A DNA stretch of 63,307 bases, the filler included, from Craspedostauros australis (lineage: Eukaryota), in the NCBI GenBank assembly GCA_030167865.1. It is 11 parts of 11 records of this genome, joined end to end, with 100 filler letters (N's around TTAATTAATTAA, not from the genome) between each part and the next. Parts side by side here need not be neighbours in the genome. Positions count along the whole stretch, not along the records: positions 1 to 9,054 come from JALAGF010006309.1; positions 9,155 to 35,675 come from JALAGF010006310.1; 9 more parts are not named here. One strand, written 5' to 3'. Positions within the stretch are counted from its first letter, which is position 1. Each line of letters starts with the position of its first letter. Positions 1-13,354 of this stretch are shown one piece after another. A program made the translations under genes and the position numbers. The notes beneath the pieces were generated by a model, which was not told the origin of the DNA, did not search any database, and worked only from the letters and a program-made list of their open reading frames with translations.

Positions 1-3000
1 ATCTGCATTCCCACAGCCACCTCCTGTATTGTGAGCTCCATGGTGAGCACCCTCTGTGTATTGGTGAGCTTGCCTGCCACCCGTCGTTGCACGCTTTTGT
101 TGGCATCACCACCGATCACCTTCATGCCTCGCTCCCACCTGACCCTCGCCATGTCCGCCTCCACCACATCTCCAACGACACTGGCATACATGATGCTCGA
201 CCTGCGAACGCCTTGTCTTGCAATGTGCCACGATCACGTCCCTGTGTTCTGGTGAGAGCTCCACGCATCGCCCTCTTCGAGCATTCGTCATCGCTGTAAT
301 GCGATCCGGTCCGTAATGACATCCATATGCTCCCACACATCAAGTTCGTCAGGCTTCTTGTGCTCGGCCTGATGCCCACGCACATGTCATCCCACAAATG
401 TTGTACCTAACTGGCTTCGGACCCTCATGGCAGCCACCATCATGTCGTGACCAGGACTTGCCAGATCCGGTTCATGTATCCACTCCAGCGCCTTCAGGGC
501 TTACAGGTTGTCACAGCTTCAGCGCCCCCGTCCACCTTGTATTCCAAACCTCTCCTCCATTTCCCAAACCGTCATCAGTGCACCGTAGATTCCCGCCAAC
601 TCCGCTCGCTGGGACGATGTCAGGCCCTCCCTCCACGGAGCCTCAAAGGTTCCAAACACCATCACCTCCAGAGTCTCATCAGTGGCCATCGCCCATGCCG
701 CCATTCCCTTGCCATTTCTGGCAGACCTGTCACTTCTGCCAACCGCTGTCTCTTCTCGTATACTCTGGGCCATATCTCTCCAGTCGACCTCGCATCTGAT
801 GTGTTTCCCAGCCCATGACTTGGCCTTGCCAAGATCTCCCCAGACATTCTCCATCCCCTGGGTATCTGCCACCACGGTATCATACCATTCGCCAACTGTC
901 AGCATCAGTATGCCATCTCCTTGATTGTAGCTATCCAAAGGGACCCTTCTCCATTTCCCACCACTCCTGGCACTTGCCAAAACAGCTTCCTTCTTGACTT
1001 CGTCGGAACCTCCCTCCCTCCATTCCATCCATCCATCCATCGCCATGGACCTGAAGCCTCCTAGTTTGCTCATTCTGCCTCATGGAGGCCGCACTGCCTG
1101 CACTGCTCCACTTGCCCAGCTGTAAACGATCCTGAAGCACGCTATTCCGACCCAGCATCTCCTTGAGCTTGGACCTCCATGTTGCCCAATACGCTTGCTT
1201 GAGCCGCCCAACTGTAGGCACGTTCACTTCACTGGCTTCCACCATCGCTCCATCATCTTCAAGGACCACCTTCAGAATGCCTGTTCCGTCCGCCGTATCG
1301 ATCTCAGACATCCAGAACAACTTCATTGACCTTCGACACAGATTCACTTGTCGCATTTCCTCCCTGTTGCACAGCTCCGCAATGGCTTCCATTATCGGGC
1401 AATCACCCTGCCTCCTCGGTTGTATAAGATCCTCCACCATTCGCACTTCCAGCTGTGCTGCAGATGTTTATTTGGCCACACTTGCCCACCACGACTGTGG
1501 AACCACCATTGACCACTTGCTTCCTACCGCCTGGAAGATTCGCATCATACCTGCATTTGTCGCCACGGCCTGGTAGGATGCTCGCAGGAGCCTCCACCAT
1601 GCATCGCTTCATGACCAACTTGATAGGCTTGCCGAGCGCCGTCCTTTTTGACTGGTGTGCGTTGTGAACGAGTATCCTTTTTGTCGTCAAGCGCCAGCAG
1701 TCAAAATGACGATCCTTCGACCACTTCGAGTCCTTTGATCTCGACATCCAGAAATTCGTCTGCCACCATCAACATCGATTCGATCTGGAGCACCACGTAC
1801 TTCCCGGTCTCCTTGTCATACTGCACCTGATGCACCTTGGCTTGCTCAGTCAGAGTGAACCAGTTCGCGCTGGCAGCTCCCACTTCCCACGTGCACCTCG
1901 CTGCCAGGGTGTTTATGATCCCCTCTGCCCTCACCAGATGCTCTGGGAGCATGTATGTGTAGGCGATGTCGGTCTTTCCATTCCAGGGCACCTCCTGCTT
2001 GTCAACGTGGATAAACACTGGTCTCTTCATGATTGGATGCACCTGATTGGCGAGGTTCGATCTCAGTGGTTCCTTGGATCCGTCGTGTCCAGCTCATCAA
2101 GGTCTTCGACCCCTCTGATCCGCACTTCCATCATCCTTCCCAATACCACTTTGTGTTTCTGTAGCATCTTCTTCATGGCTGCCACTCCATCTGGGCCCAA
2201 CGTCATTGCCATTGGATGGGGGATGAATCTGTTGCAGAGTTCTCCTGGCCCAATCTTGGAGATGTCATTGAACATCTCACAGAGGATTTCGGCGATTCTC
2301 ACATGGATGCGGATGTCAGCTTCAAGCCTGAGAGCTTGCCAAGGTTGCACCTTGAAACTCCTCCCCATAGCTTTCTGAGCATCTTGCCATTCCTGGCTGA
2401 TCATTCCGTCCGCCCTGACTCTTCCCCCAACTTCGCCTTCGACTCCTGCAGCCTTCAGACGCTTGTTGATGATGGCACATATAGCAGGTCCATTGGAAAA
2501 GTTCCCCATGTAGGTGAGCATTNNNNNNNNNNNNNNNNNNNNNNNNNNNNNNNNNNNNNNNNNNNNNNNNNNGGCGATTCTCACATGGATGCGGATGTCA
2601 GCTTCAAGCCTGAGAGCTTGCCAAGGTTGCACCTTGAAACTCCTCCCCATAGCTTTCTGAGCATCTTGCCATTCCTGGCTGATCATTCCGTCCGCCCTGA
2701 CTCTTCCCCCAACTTCGCCTTCGACTCCTGCAGCCTTCAGANNNNNNNNNNNNNNNNNNNNNNNNNNNNNNCCATTGGAAAAGTTCCCCATGTAGGTGAG
2801 CATTCCAATTTGCTTTGTGTACTCCGCTTCATCCAGCAGTCTCTTGTACAGAGTCTGTCCAGTCAACTGGTAGAAGAAACTCAGCTGCAATTCTGACTTC
2901 GACACGATGTCCTTTGGATCACATGTCATAGCAATACGCACTTGTGCCGCCACCGTTCGATCATTCAATGTCGCCTTCGATGTGCTCATGTACACCATCA

Positions 3001-4213
3001 GCTCCTTCTCAGTTGTTGGGAATTGGTTGGCATTGCCAATCGCCTTGTTGGTGTCTTGTGCCTTCACACCATGATGAAGATTGTGTCATCATGATCCTTG
3101 AGCGCCCCTAGCCATTGTTAAGTGGCTTCAGATACCTCTTCACTGGACTGCCGCCTGATTTGACCAGTACTGTCATGTCAAATCTCTTCACTACCATGCC
3201 TTTCTTCAGCGTATGCGTGGTCTTGCTCTCCACGGATGCATNGCTATCACTGTCTTCATCCGTTTTCGCACTGCTTGTGCTCCCTTCACTCTTGCATGAC
3301 TCCTCATCTTCGTCGGACTCCTCACTCTCACTACTTGTGTTGTGCTCCATCGCCTTTGCCAAATGCTGTCCCTCCACCTCTATCGCGGTTGGTGTGCTGA
3401 TCATGAATTTGATTTTCTTCTGCTTGAGGTTTCTTGGTTGGACGATGTCGCTATCTCTCGTCTTTCCCTTCTTTCTGTTCCCTTCTGCGGTTGTGCTCAT
3501 CATGCTGCTTTCGGTTTCCCCCATTACCGCATCTTTGCCTTGGGGAACGAACGTGATGTCTGGGTACCGTGACNCCAACACATTCACAGCCNCTCTCCGC
3601 GCAATGGTGATCTCAGTCTTCCTCAGGAGCCCTCCTGAATTGGGAATCATCATGTCTTTCAGCATCATGTTTGGATCTGCTGTCGTCATTCGTCTGTTTT
3701 GGGCACTTGCGCTACACCGAATTTTTTTCTTCCATTGATGACCATGCTGATGAACACCTGCACTTCCTGCACCAGGATGGCGTGTCTTGTTTTCGCAGTC
3801 GCCTTCCCAGTCCACCTTTATTGTTGATTCATCATCCCTTTCACCAGGATATGGATCGACCTGCCTTCCTCTGCCATCACTTCACGGTAGGAGAACGAAA
3901 CAGCTACCTTGTGGATTTCTTCTGGCAGAGATTTCCACATGCTTGTCGTTGTCTTACGTGCAATGGAGACTCTTGCCTCGTTTTCTCCTTCCACAAGTGT
4001 CAGCATCTTATCCCATTTCTTGCTCCCAGCCTTCCTTGGCATGGTCTTGACAGCCCTTGTTTGTGACTGTCCTCCTCCGCGTATGCCGTTGGCAGTCTCC
4101 TTATGATGTACCATTGCTTTGCCTGCCATTGTCGCTGCTGTTGGCCTCACTTCTGTATCTTTTCTACGGTTGACACCTGTTGACGTCGGTGCTATTTCGG
4201 TGTTTGCATTCAT
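1..4213 (-). mobile_element. Degenerate non-LTR retrotransposon with RNase H (Ambal-like); ORF1 remnant plus ORF2 C-terminal half, internally deleted
   Basis: Minus-strand ORF2 motifs: post-RT 'RQVNLCRRSMKLFWMSEIDTADG' (931-1446), RNase H 'SQRAELAGIYGAL' (519-1073) and 'HVRGHQ' (~370-390). Upstream, a broken ORF1-like frame series (4213-3818, 3815-3108, 3067-2063, 2042-1701) with stops and a frameshift. Confidence 0.7.
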
Positions 4214-5979
4214 TTTGTAGAATACTATCTTTACATGTTTCTACTGTGTTTGTTTTCCTGGTCCCTGGTGTTATGCTCNNNNNNNNNNNNNNNNNNNNNN
4301 NNNNNNNNNNNNNNNNNNNNNNNNNNNNNNNNNNNNNNNNNNNNNNNNNNNNNNNNNNNNNNNNNNNNNNNNNNNNNNNNNNNNNNNNNNNNNNNNNNNN
4401 NNNNNNNNNNNNNNNNNNNTCATATTCGCAAGTGTTGCTATTGCCATGAACGTGGAAGTGGACGTGTAGGGATGCCACCACCAACACCGTGCTGTTTGAC
4501 ATCTCACGCACAAAGGAGGTAACGCACACCAGAGCCAAACCATCGACAACGCAAGGAATGAACGTGACACCGAACCTTTCACAACATCACCATCGAGGCC
4601 GCTGGATACCATNNNNNNNNNNNNNNNNNNNNNNNNNNNNNNNNNNNNNNNNNNNNNNNNNNNNNNNNNNNNNNNNNNNNNNNNNNNNNNNNNNNNNNNN
4701 NNNNNNNNNNNNNNNNNNNNNNACAACACGAAAAATTGATGTCTAAAAATATCACGTTTCAGTATCTCAAATCCGCAGAATAATACTCGACTTCGCTGAA
4801 TGGGGCCTTATGACCCGTGGCAGCGAACGATTCTGCATTCTCGCCTAGTCGTGACTCAGATTGTCAAAAACATGTATAATGTAAAATATTATACAAAACA
4901 TAATCGATACCACCGTGCGATCTTGTACATATAACAATGGTCTTCATCCGACCTTTGCTTCAAAAGTTATAGACCTTTATCTGTCACGCACAACGCCGTC
5001 TTATTTTCCACCTCATATTTCGGAAATGGATCTTGGTTGTTCGTGACTTACGATGTTTCATGGTGTCATTTCGGTTAATTACGGTTGAATGTTAGCGATA
5101 CATACCTCGCCAGCATCTCTTTCATCCACGACGACATCATCTAGATCTATTCATGATGGGCATTTCATTGCGCTATTCTCAGGCTTCTGCGCTTGGTTGT
5201 CTCCCTTCTCCTGCAGCTTCTTGTGCATGCGAATTGCCTTGTTCGCCACAGGCTACGTGATCCTCGTAGTCATTCCATTTGTCTATGGTATCACACACAC
5301 GAAACACATTTCAGGAATGGAAAGGCCATAAAGATTCAGACTATGAGGGTTATCGGGTCGTGTGGACCCGCTATATCATTCATTGGCTACTACATTTGGG
5401 CGACACGGGCGTTCGCGTGAAAACCCTGTTCTAACCGTTTCACACGTATCTTTGGTTGTGTCAACAACCCTTAATTGGTATCACCCATGCCATCGACAAT
5501 AAATAATCAGAGGTCTCAATCCAATTCAACCATCAACCTACACTTCTTCAACTTGCTCATGAAGATCTACATCCACCATTCCATTTTGACGATGGCAACC
5601 CCAGACCGCACATGAAGGTACTACTCCTATTTCATGATGGACATGGCAACGTCCACGATGCATTCGATGGTCACGATGATGCTGGCAGCGACGGTGGTGT
5701 TGATTGTGGCGGTGGTGGCATAGACAGCGGTGATGACGCCCAGGATAGCGTTGGCGGTAGCGATGGTTGCCGCCATGGCATTGAAAGTGATGGTACCCAC
5801 AATGATTCTGTCATCAAAGGCAATGGGGGCAATGGGGGTGATGGCAACAAAGCTGGTGATGGCAAAAGCAACCTGAATGATTCCGTGATGGAAGGCAATG
5901 GTGATGGCAATGAAGGTGGTGTTAGCAAGAGAAATGATGGTGATGATGGATGGGATGGCAATGATGATGAGAGAACGGG

Positions 5980-6774
5980 TGTTGGCAAGTTCCGTGATTG
6001 GAAGCCTACGATCGTGGAAGACGGTGTTGTTGATAGTCGGTCTATTTTCTATTTCATTCCGTTGAGCACTCTGATCCTCTCAGTGTCTGTTCGTTCTCTT
6101 GCCCGATGCTCTCAGTGGTTCAATCTGTCTTGTAGATTCGGTCTCCGACTATGAGTCAGTGTGCAAGATGCTCTCTTGCTACTCTTCGTATTCTCTCTCT
6201 CTCAATATCGTGTACTCGTGCTACACGATACTCCGTGTTCGATGTGTACTCCGCATTCGACACTCTGTTCATTCACTACTGGTTCCTACTCCATGAGTAT
6301 TTACCATTTGAACTTCACCTCTCATATCCATGATCCTGATGCCCTTTGGTCATTGGATCTTTGCCTCCTGCTCTGACTTGGAGACAGATGTCGACGTGGT
6401 GACATGATGACATCCTGTCGACGTCAGTAGGTGTCCTTCTGCTCTCCAGATGTCACGTTCCATTGGTGATGCAGNNNNNNNNNNNNNNNNNNNGTCATCT
6501 GAGGTTTAGTTGGGAAGTACCTCGAGATTCTCTTGGTACCATTGATGGATGGACGGACGATATTTCCAATTCTCTCAGAAATCGTCATTTGCAAATTTCC
6601 TCCAGAAATCTTGCTCATTTTTGTGTGTTCCATTTCCACCGGAATTCTGACAAATCACAGTGTACTATTGACACGAATGTAGTTGTACCGTCCAAGCATG
6701 TATGAGAGAATAACGGGTGAACAATGCACGTATACACGTATATCTTGACATATACTCACATGTACATCTCGGCA
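5980..6774 (-). mobile_element. Copia-type LTR (family A), apparently solo
   Basis: Reverse complement of the LTR at 19404-20201 and 8811-9054. Read on the minus strand it runs TGCCGAGATG...GCCAACA (TG...CA termini). Confidence 0.8.
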
Positions 6775-6807
6775 CTTGCTCGCCACATCGAATGCACCCA
6801 TCACACC

Positions 6808-7531
6808 TGTTGGAAATCCGGGGTTATAGTTAGTACTAAGTTCTAATCTGCTGTTAGAAACTGTACTGTTTTAGAACTGTGAGCACAATCTCACTTTCTC
6901 TTCCGATTTCGTTTTCTTGGCAGGCATCTGTCGCAGCAACGACTCGGGGCGTCCTGTTGTCTCTTAGGTGCTTTCCCCTTCATTCATCATGCTCTGTTCT
7001 TGCTTCCTTGTCTCTGCACTGTCGTAGCTGTCTACGTTTGCATGGTAGGGATCTGCAGTCCTGAGCACTTGCCTGTCTCATGTTTCTTTCGTTGATCCTC
7101 ATGACGCCATCGTCTCATAGCCGATGTCACCTTTGGTGATGTTCCAAACCTGCGGATGGTCTGATCCTCTCTGATGTTTCCAAACCTGCGGATGTTCTTG
7201 TCCGCAGGAGGGGCGCGTGCTGTCCTCTGAAGAAGGTGCGTCACTTGCCCATGGACATGCTGTTCTGATCGACGTCGTCGTCTGGATGGTTGCCATGGTT
7301 GGCGCGGTATCGGGACCTCCTGATCCGCCATGGGTGTCGTCCTTACGTTACCGGAGGACAGGCTACCCTCCTCGCGGTTATACAGGTATCAATCGCGTCC
7401 GTATGCTTAGTCATAGTCATAATGACATGGTATACAAAGGTGTGACAAATAGTCTCCGAACATGTGACGAATAATATTCAAAGCTGTGACGAATAATGTT
7501 GGGAGGTGCGGCAATTACGGGTATTCCGACA
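6808..7531 (-). mobile_element. Copia-type LTR (3' LTR of the gag-bearing element at 7550-8810)
   Basis: Minus strand runs TGTCGGAAT...TTTCCAACA. It has the same TGTCGGAAT start as the LTR at 12427 and internal short tandem repeats. It is preceded on the minus strand by purine-rich AGGAATTGAGGG (PPT-like). Confidence 0.65.
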
Positions 7532-7549
7532 AAGTCGTACCCTCAATTC

Positions 7550-8810
7550 CTAACACACACCGATGGTCATCATCATGAAGTACACGCTCCGCACTTCCAT
7601 GCGGTTCTCGTCGATGCCTTGGTATGCCTCCATCGCGTCATAGCAGATGAGCGAGAGGTCGGAGCGAACATCATTCGCAGGCATCACATTGGACAGCGAG
7701 CATCTCACCGCGTACGGAGGATTGTCGCTTCCAAGGATTTGGCAGCGGCGGAGTTTCTCGGCTGGGGTTACAGGCACGTCTCCCTTTGGTCCTCCTGGAA
7801 TGAGGATCAGGAATGGGCAGAACGGGCAGTCAACACACCACGAGAACAAAGGCCCTTTGGTCAGGCACAGTGGGCACCACGCGTTGTCGTTGTCTCGCCG
7901 AGATGCGGTCTCGATCAATCCGTCCAGGTAGGAGCGGATGGGGCGCACGTTGTAGATCGGCCCTGGTGGGCTCGCCGAGGCCGTATGGTGGAGGCCAATG
8001 CCAGGCATCGCGATCTCGTCGCTTTCGGTCTCGTCAACTTCGCTCTCATCGGACGAGAACAAGTTGTCGCTCATCATGCGCCTTGCGTCGACTTGCGGTC
8101 CGTAGTAGCCGTAGTCGTTTGGGTTGCGAATCCCAACCACCTCAACCGACTCTTCGTCTTCGTTGTTGGTACCGTTGTTGTACCCGTTGGTCAAGTCTCC
8201 GTCGACGACCATGAGAGCCATGTCCTCCATGAGGTCTTCGATGTTGCTCTCCGCGTCGTTGATGTGTGTTGTCACGATTTCGTGGTTGGTGAGAATTTTG
8301 TCTTCGCTCACATTTTCGATGTTGCGCGCGATTTCTCCATCCTCCACAATTTCGTGACACAACATCACATCATCGATGGTGACCAGCACGACGTCGTCCA
8401 TGCCGTCCATCCCATCGGTAGCTACATTGGCTGAGTCTGCGTCCTTCATCGCCGCTCTCAACTTGAAGCACTGCACGATCTTGTGGCCGGTTTTGCCACA
8501 GAACTTGCACTTGCCGTTGAATCCGCCGACGGTGAAGTTGCCCTTGCCACGGTTGCCGTTCTTCTTGGCACCACCGCCTTGCTTGCCGTTGCCGCTCTTG
8601 GTAGGGGAGCGACAGTCCGTTTTCTTGTGCCCGTAGACGCCACAGTTGCGAAAGTTGCCCTTGAACCCGCCGATTGCGGCCAGGGCCATCTCCTCCTTGC
8701 CATGGCTGCCTCCTTCGCGCTTAGAACCATGTTTGGTATGGTGGCGGTCGGAGGTGAGGCACACGGCCTCGCGGATGTCTTCAACTGTCATCTTGTCTTC
8801 CTTTCCTGCG
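7550..8810 (-). CDS. Copia gag C-terminal part (zinc knuckles) with long acidic and Cys-rich extension; 5' end interrupted by an LTR insertion
   Basis: Knuckles 'FRNCGVYGHKKTDC' (degenerate) and 'CKFCGKTGHKIVQC'. Homologous to the gag at 37785-39071. The frame is open up to the LTR at 8811. Confidence 0.75.
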
Positions 8811-9054
8811 TGTCGAGATGTACATGTGAGTATGTGTCGAGATGTACGAGTATATGTGCATCGTTCACCCGTTATTCTCTCATACGCACTTGGACGGTAT
8901 AACTACATTCGTGTCGATAGTACGATGTGATTCGTCAGAATTACAGGGGAAATGGAACACACGAAAAGGGGCAAGATTTCTGGAGGAAATTTGCAAATGA
9001 CGATTTCTGAGAGAATTGGAAATATCGTCCGTCCATCCATCAATGGTACCAAGA
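8811..9054 (+). mobile_element. Copia-type LTR (family A) 5' part, nested in gag, truncated by scaffold end
   Basis: Starts TGTCGAGATG and is near-identical to 19404-19645. Confidence 0.8.
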
Positions 9055-9098
9055 NNNNNNNNNNNNNNNNNNNNNNNNNNNNNNNNNNNNNNNNNNNN

Positions 9099-9110
9099 TT
9101 AATTAATTAA
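9099..9110. other. Artificial scaffold linker TTAATTAATTAA in an N-gap (also at 35720, 37727, 39120, 45563, 47209, 50897, 52971, 54973, 59595)
   Basis: Identical 12-mer with stops in all six frames, centred in ~100-nt N runs, ten times. Confidence 0.97.
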
Positions 9111-9154
9111 NNNNNNNNNNNNNNNNNNNNNNNNNNNNNNNNNNNNNNNNNNNN

Positions 9155-12100
9155 GGCTGCAGCAGCCAACGTCGCGACCGCGGTCGCCAACATCACCGTG
9201 GCGAAGGGACAGACCAAGTCGCCACACAACCTATTCTTTGGAGAGGATCCGAAGTACGCGAGCGGACTCCGTACCTTCGGCGAAGTCGGAGTCGTCAAGA
9301 CGGCCTATGGAGGCATGACAGCGAAACTCCAGAACAGAGGCGAGGCGATGTTGTTCGTCGGATATGCTCCACAGCATGGATCCGGCGTCTACAATATGTA
9401 CCGTCCATCCACCAAGTCCATCATCTGCACCAGAGACGTGAAGTGGCTCAACAGATCGTACGGGCACTTCAAGGGTTGGACCTACGGCTCGGACGATGGG
9501 AAGCCGGAAGGGAGTCAGATTGTCGCAACTGACGCCGAGCACCCAACGGAGACTGACGATGATGGATTCATCCTGGTCGGAAGGGAAGGGACAGCACCGT
9601 CCCACACAGCTTGAACCAAGCCAAAGCGACGCTCCGTGTCATTCGCCGACGCGAATTCCTACCACGTCCTCTCAGATGACGACGATGAGGACGATGACGA
9701 CACCAACAACAACACGAGTGCGAAGGAGGACTCACCAGGTCTCGCGAGCGAGACGGCGACCACACCAGTGGACGAAGGGACTGCGTCCGAAGAAGAGGTT
9801 GACGCGATCCCTGTCGACGACAACACAGTGACCGACATTGAAGATGTCGCCCCACCGAGTGTCCCGCCAAGCATCCTCCGCACTCCGCCAACATCACGCA
9901 AGCGTTCGCACGAAGCGAACGATGATTCGAAAGCTAGTCGCACCACGACAGCTGATCCCCCAAAACGACCAAGCAAGCGCGATACCACTCGCAGCGAACG
10001 ACAACAGCAATACATCGAGCGAAGCAAGCATCAAGCAAAAACAAATGCGAAGTCGCGTGCATCGCTGCCATCCAACGTGAAAGGAAAGAGCGAATTGCGC
10101 AACCTTGCGAACTACAACAAGCCAGGAAAGAAAGAGAAGCATGAAGGCAAGCGGTTCACTACAAACCTATCCGTCTTCAATAGGGGAAGCGACACCGACG
10201 ACGACAAGAGCAACACAGACCACGATCAGGACAGCAGCGAGGAGGCCAACGACGATGACGAAACCAATGGCGACACCACCGACGAGAATGAGGAGAACAA
10301 CGAAGCTACGGACGACAAAGACAGCGATTCTCCTCCATCAGATATCACCAACGCAGTCACAGATGCTCTATTCGGTAACAACGCAATCAGCACCGACGAC
10401 TTCGAGATAGAGATCTGCGCAACCACCCAAGATGAGACAGGAGAGACATCGACGCACATCGAGCCATCAACCTTCGACCAAGCATTCAACCATCCGAATG
10501 CAACACACCGGAAGGGCTACAGAGCTGCCATCGCAAAGGAGTTCAGTTCGATGGATGCTCGATCCGTCTACAGCAAGATCAAGCGCTCATCGATTCCAAG
10601 GGACCGCAGATGCTGCAAGTGCAAATGGGTGTTTAAATTAAAGCGCAATGGAACCTATCGAGCGCGTCTGGTGGTGTGTGGCTACTCGCAGATCGCAGGA
10701 GTGGACTACCAAGAGCACCACTCGCCTGTCATCCACGATGTCACGTACCGTGTGATGATGGTGATCATGATGCTGCAGAAGATGGACTGCGCACTCGTGG
10801 ACGTCGTCACGGCATTCTTGTACGGCGANNNNNNNNNNNNNNNNNNNNNNNNNNNNNNNNNNNNNNNNNNNNNNNNNNNGGATGAAGCGCTGCTGCTACA
10901 CAAGCCAATCTACGGGCTGGTCCAGAGCGCACGCCAGTGGTACAAGATGCTGGTGTCAACACTAAAGGGAATGCGATTCGACCAGAGCGCGGCGGATCCG
11001 TGTCTCTTCCATCGCAAGACGAAGAACGAAACAGTCATCGTGGCGATCTACGTTGACGACTGCTTCTGCTGCGGACATCAGAAGGCACTCGAACAATTCA
11101 TGGTGGACATCCAGAAGAGCAAGTTCAAGGTCACCATCGAGAAGGGTTTGGGTGACTACCTCAGCTGCAACATCCAGCTCAACGCAGACNNNNNNNNNNN
11201 NNNNNNNNNNNNNNNNNNNNNNNNNNNNNNNNNNNNNNNGGATGAAGCGCTGCTGCTACACAAGCCAATCTACGGGCTGGTCCAGAGCGCACGCCAGTGG
11301 TACAAGATGCTGGTGTCAACACTAAAGGGAATGCGATTCGACCAGAGCGCGGCGGATCCGTGTCTCTTCCATCGCAAGACGAAGAACGAAACAGTCATCG
11401 TGGCGATCTACNNNNNNNNNNNNNNNNNNNNNNNNNNNNNNNNNNNNNNNNNNNNNNNNNNNNNNNNNNNNNNNNNNNNNNNNNNNNNNNNNNNNNNNNN
11501 NNNNNNNNNNNNNNNNNNNNNNNNNNNNNNNNNNNNNNNNNNNNNNNNNNNNNNNNNNNNNNNNNNNNNNNNNNNNNNNNNNNNNNNNNNNNNNNTCACC
11601 GAGTTTGGTGCAGAGGTGGAGAAGATGCAGCGCTACGCGACGCCAGGGACGCCAAGCCAGAGCATCGTTCGCCCATCCGAAGAGAACGGATTGCAGAAGG
11701 TAGGTGCAGCAGAGCATGCTGACTATCGCAAGGGAGTGGGAATGCTTCTTTTCTTAATCAAGCATTCACGTCCCGACATCGCCAACCCTGTCAGAGAGCT
11801 GACGAAGGTACTCGACGGACCGACCAAGGCTGCAACCAAGGAGATGCGGCGTATCATCAAATACGTCATCGACACGAAGCACTACGGTCTGAAGATCCAT
11901 CCNNNNNNNNNNNNNNNNNNNNCATGGAACATGGAGATGTTCTGCGACAGCGAATACGCCGGAGACAAGGACACTCGCATCAGTGTCGGCGGATTCATTC
12001 TCTACCTCTGTCAAGTCCCTATCCTCTGACGATCCAAGGCGCAGAAGGCAGTGACACTCAGTTCATCAGAGGCAGAGTACATCGCGCTATCCGAAGCGAC

Positions 12101-12426
12101 GAAGGAGATCTTCTTTGTGATGCAACTCCTGGAGAGTGTGGGAGCGCCAGTGAAGACTCCAATCACCGTGAGAGTTGACAATGTTGGAGCCATCTTCATC
12201 GCGAAGAATCCCTCAACATCGCAACGCTCCCGCCATATCGACGTACGCCATCATTACGTCCGCAACATGGTGAATGACAAGCTNNNNNNNNNNNNNNNNN
12301 NNNNNNNNNNNNNNNNNNNNNNNNNNNNNNNNNNNNNNNNNNNNNNNNNNNNNNNNNNNNNNNNNNNNNNNNNNNNNNNNNNNNNNNNNNGCGACAGCAG
12401 CGAATGACTGACGCCTACAGGAAGGG
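9155..12426 (+). pseudogene. Ty1/copia pol remnant: integrase C-terminus, reverse transcriptase, RNase H
   Basis: 'KLQNRGEAMLFVGY' (post-integrase); 'CKWVFKLKRNGTYRARLVVCGYSQ', 'KPIYGLVQSARQW', 'AIYVDD' (RT); 'FCDSEYAGDKDTR', 'LSSSEAEYIA', 'RHIDVRHH' (RNase H). In-frame stops at ~9612 and ~12027. Confidence 0.95.
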
Positions 12427-12907
12427 TGTCGGAATGTGTGTACTCGGATGTGTATGCATCAGTCACACTTGCTTGCCGCCATCATCCAGAATATTTGGTG
12501 GCGGAATCACGACCCAAAACTATGACGTCACAGGGATACCATCGCTGTACCACGAAGACACCGCGATACTACGACACGAGGATACCGCGATACCAGCGGA
12601 TACCACAGTATCCATCACACGTGATGTCACATCGAGACCTTAACTACCAGGTCTACAGGAATGAAATATGTTGTGAATATTCCATCAGATTCGATCAATC
12701 ATCAGATTCAACAAAACCCGAGAATGGAACAACGACGAGACAACGAGAGAGAAACGACAACGTTGACGATGAAGTCAACATCAACGAGCAACATGAGAGC
12801 AATGTGCATGAAGGTGCAAGAGGATTGCACCAAGCAATGAGAGCAAGGAAGAGATGGATCAAGAGAGCATCTTGATCATCTCATTTCCCCACGCTCGCTC
12901 ACCAACA
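12427..12907 (+). mobile_element. 3' LTR of the Copia element
   Basis: PPT AGGAAGGG immediately before TGTCGGAATG; ends CACCAACA; contains short internal repeats. Confidence 0.75.
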
Positions 12908-13354
12908 ATCAATAGCAACAACAGTAACAGTAACAGAAACACTTTCGACAAAGAGTGTTGACTACTACCGATTCTCCGTGCGCGGAGCCTTCCAACAGAC
13001 TAGTTGACACTCTTCCCTCAGTGGCAGGGGATGCCGAGATCTGTTCCGTTCTCGCTGCCTCTCTTGGCTCCACGAGACGAAGCTCTTCGTTTGTTGTGAC
13101 ATTGAGGATAGCTCGTAGTCGTACGGATGTTGTGATTGCCACACTCACCGTCACTCTGGTGCGATACGAGTCGGGACATCCATTGAGCCTCTTCCTCCAC
13201 AACCAAACCAATACGCAGCCATCATATCATATCATATGATACTTGCAAAACAGGAATCAATCCGGGACGATCGCCTGCGCTGGCGGTAACACACAGAGTT
13301 GGTTCATCCATGCGTCCAGTAGATCTTTCTGCAGAATCAACATCACGGTGGATC

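Noticed and set aside
2292..2811. Internal duplication in LINE ORF1 (similar cases at 10880/11240, 38557/38817, 39978/40340, 45977/46328)
   Set aside because: Identical or near-identical segments directly flanking N gaps; typical scaffolding or haplotype overlap artefacts.
5612..6154. 180-aa Gly/Asp/Asn-rich ORF
   Set aside because: Low-complexity GATGGC-type repeat running into an LTR; no domain evidence.
12027..12029. TGA at expected Trp positions (also ~40850, ~31839), suggesting an alternative genetic code
   Set aside because: Occurs only in decayed transposons that also have other stops and frameshifts. Intact host genes use TGG for Trp and TGA as stop.
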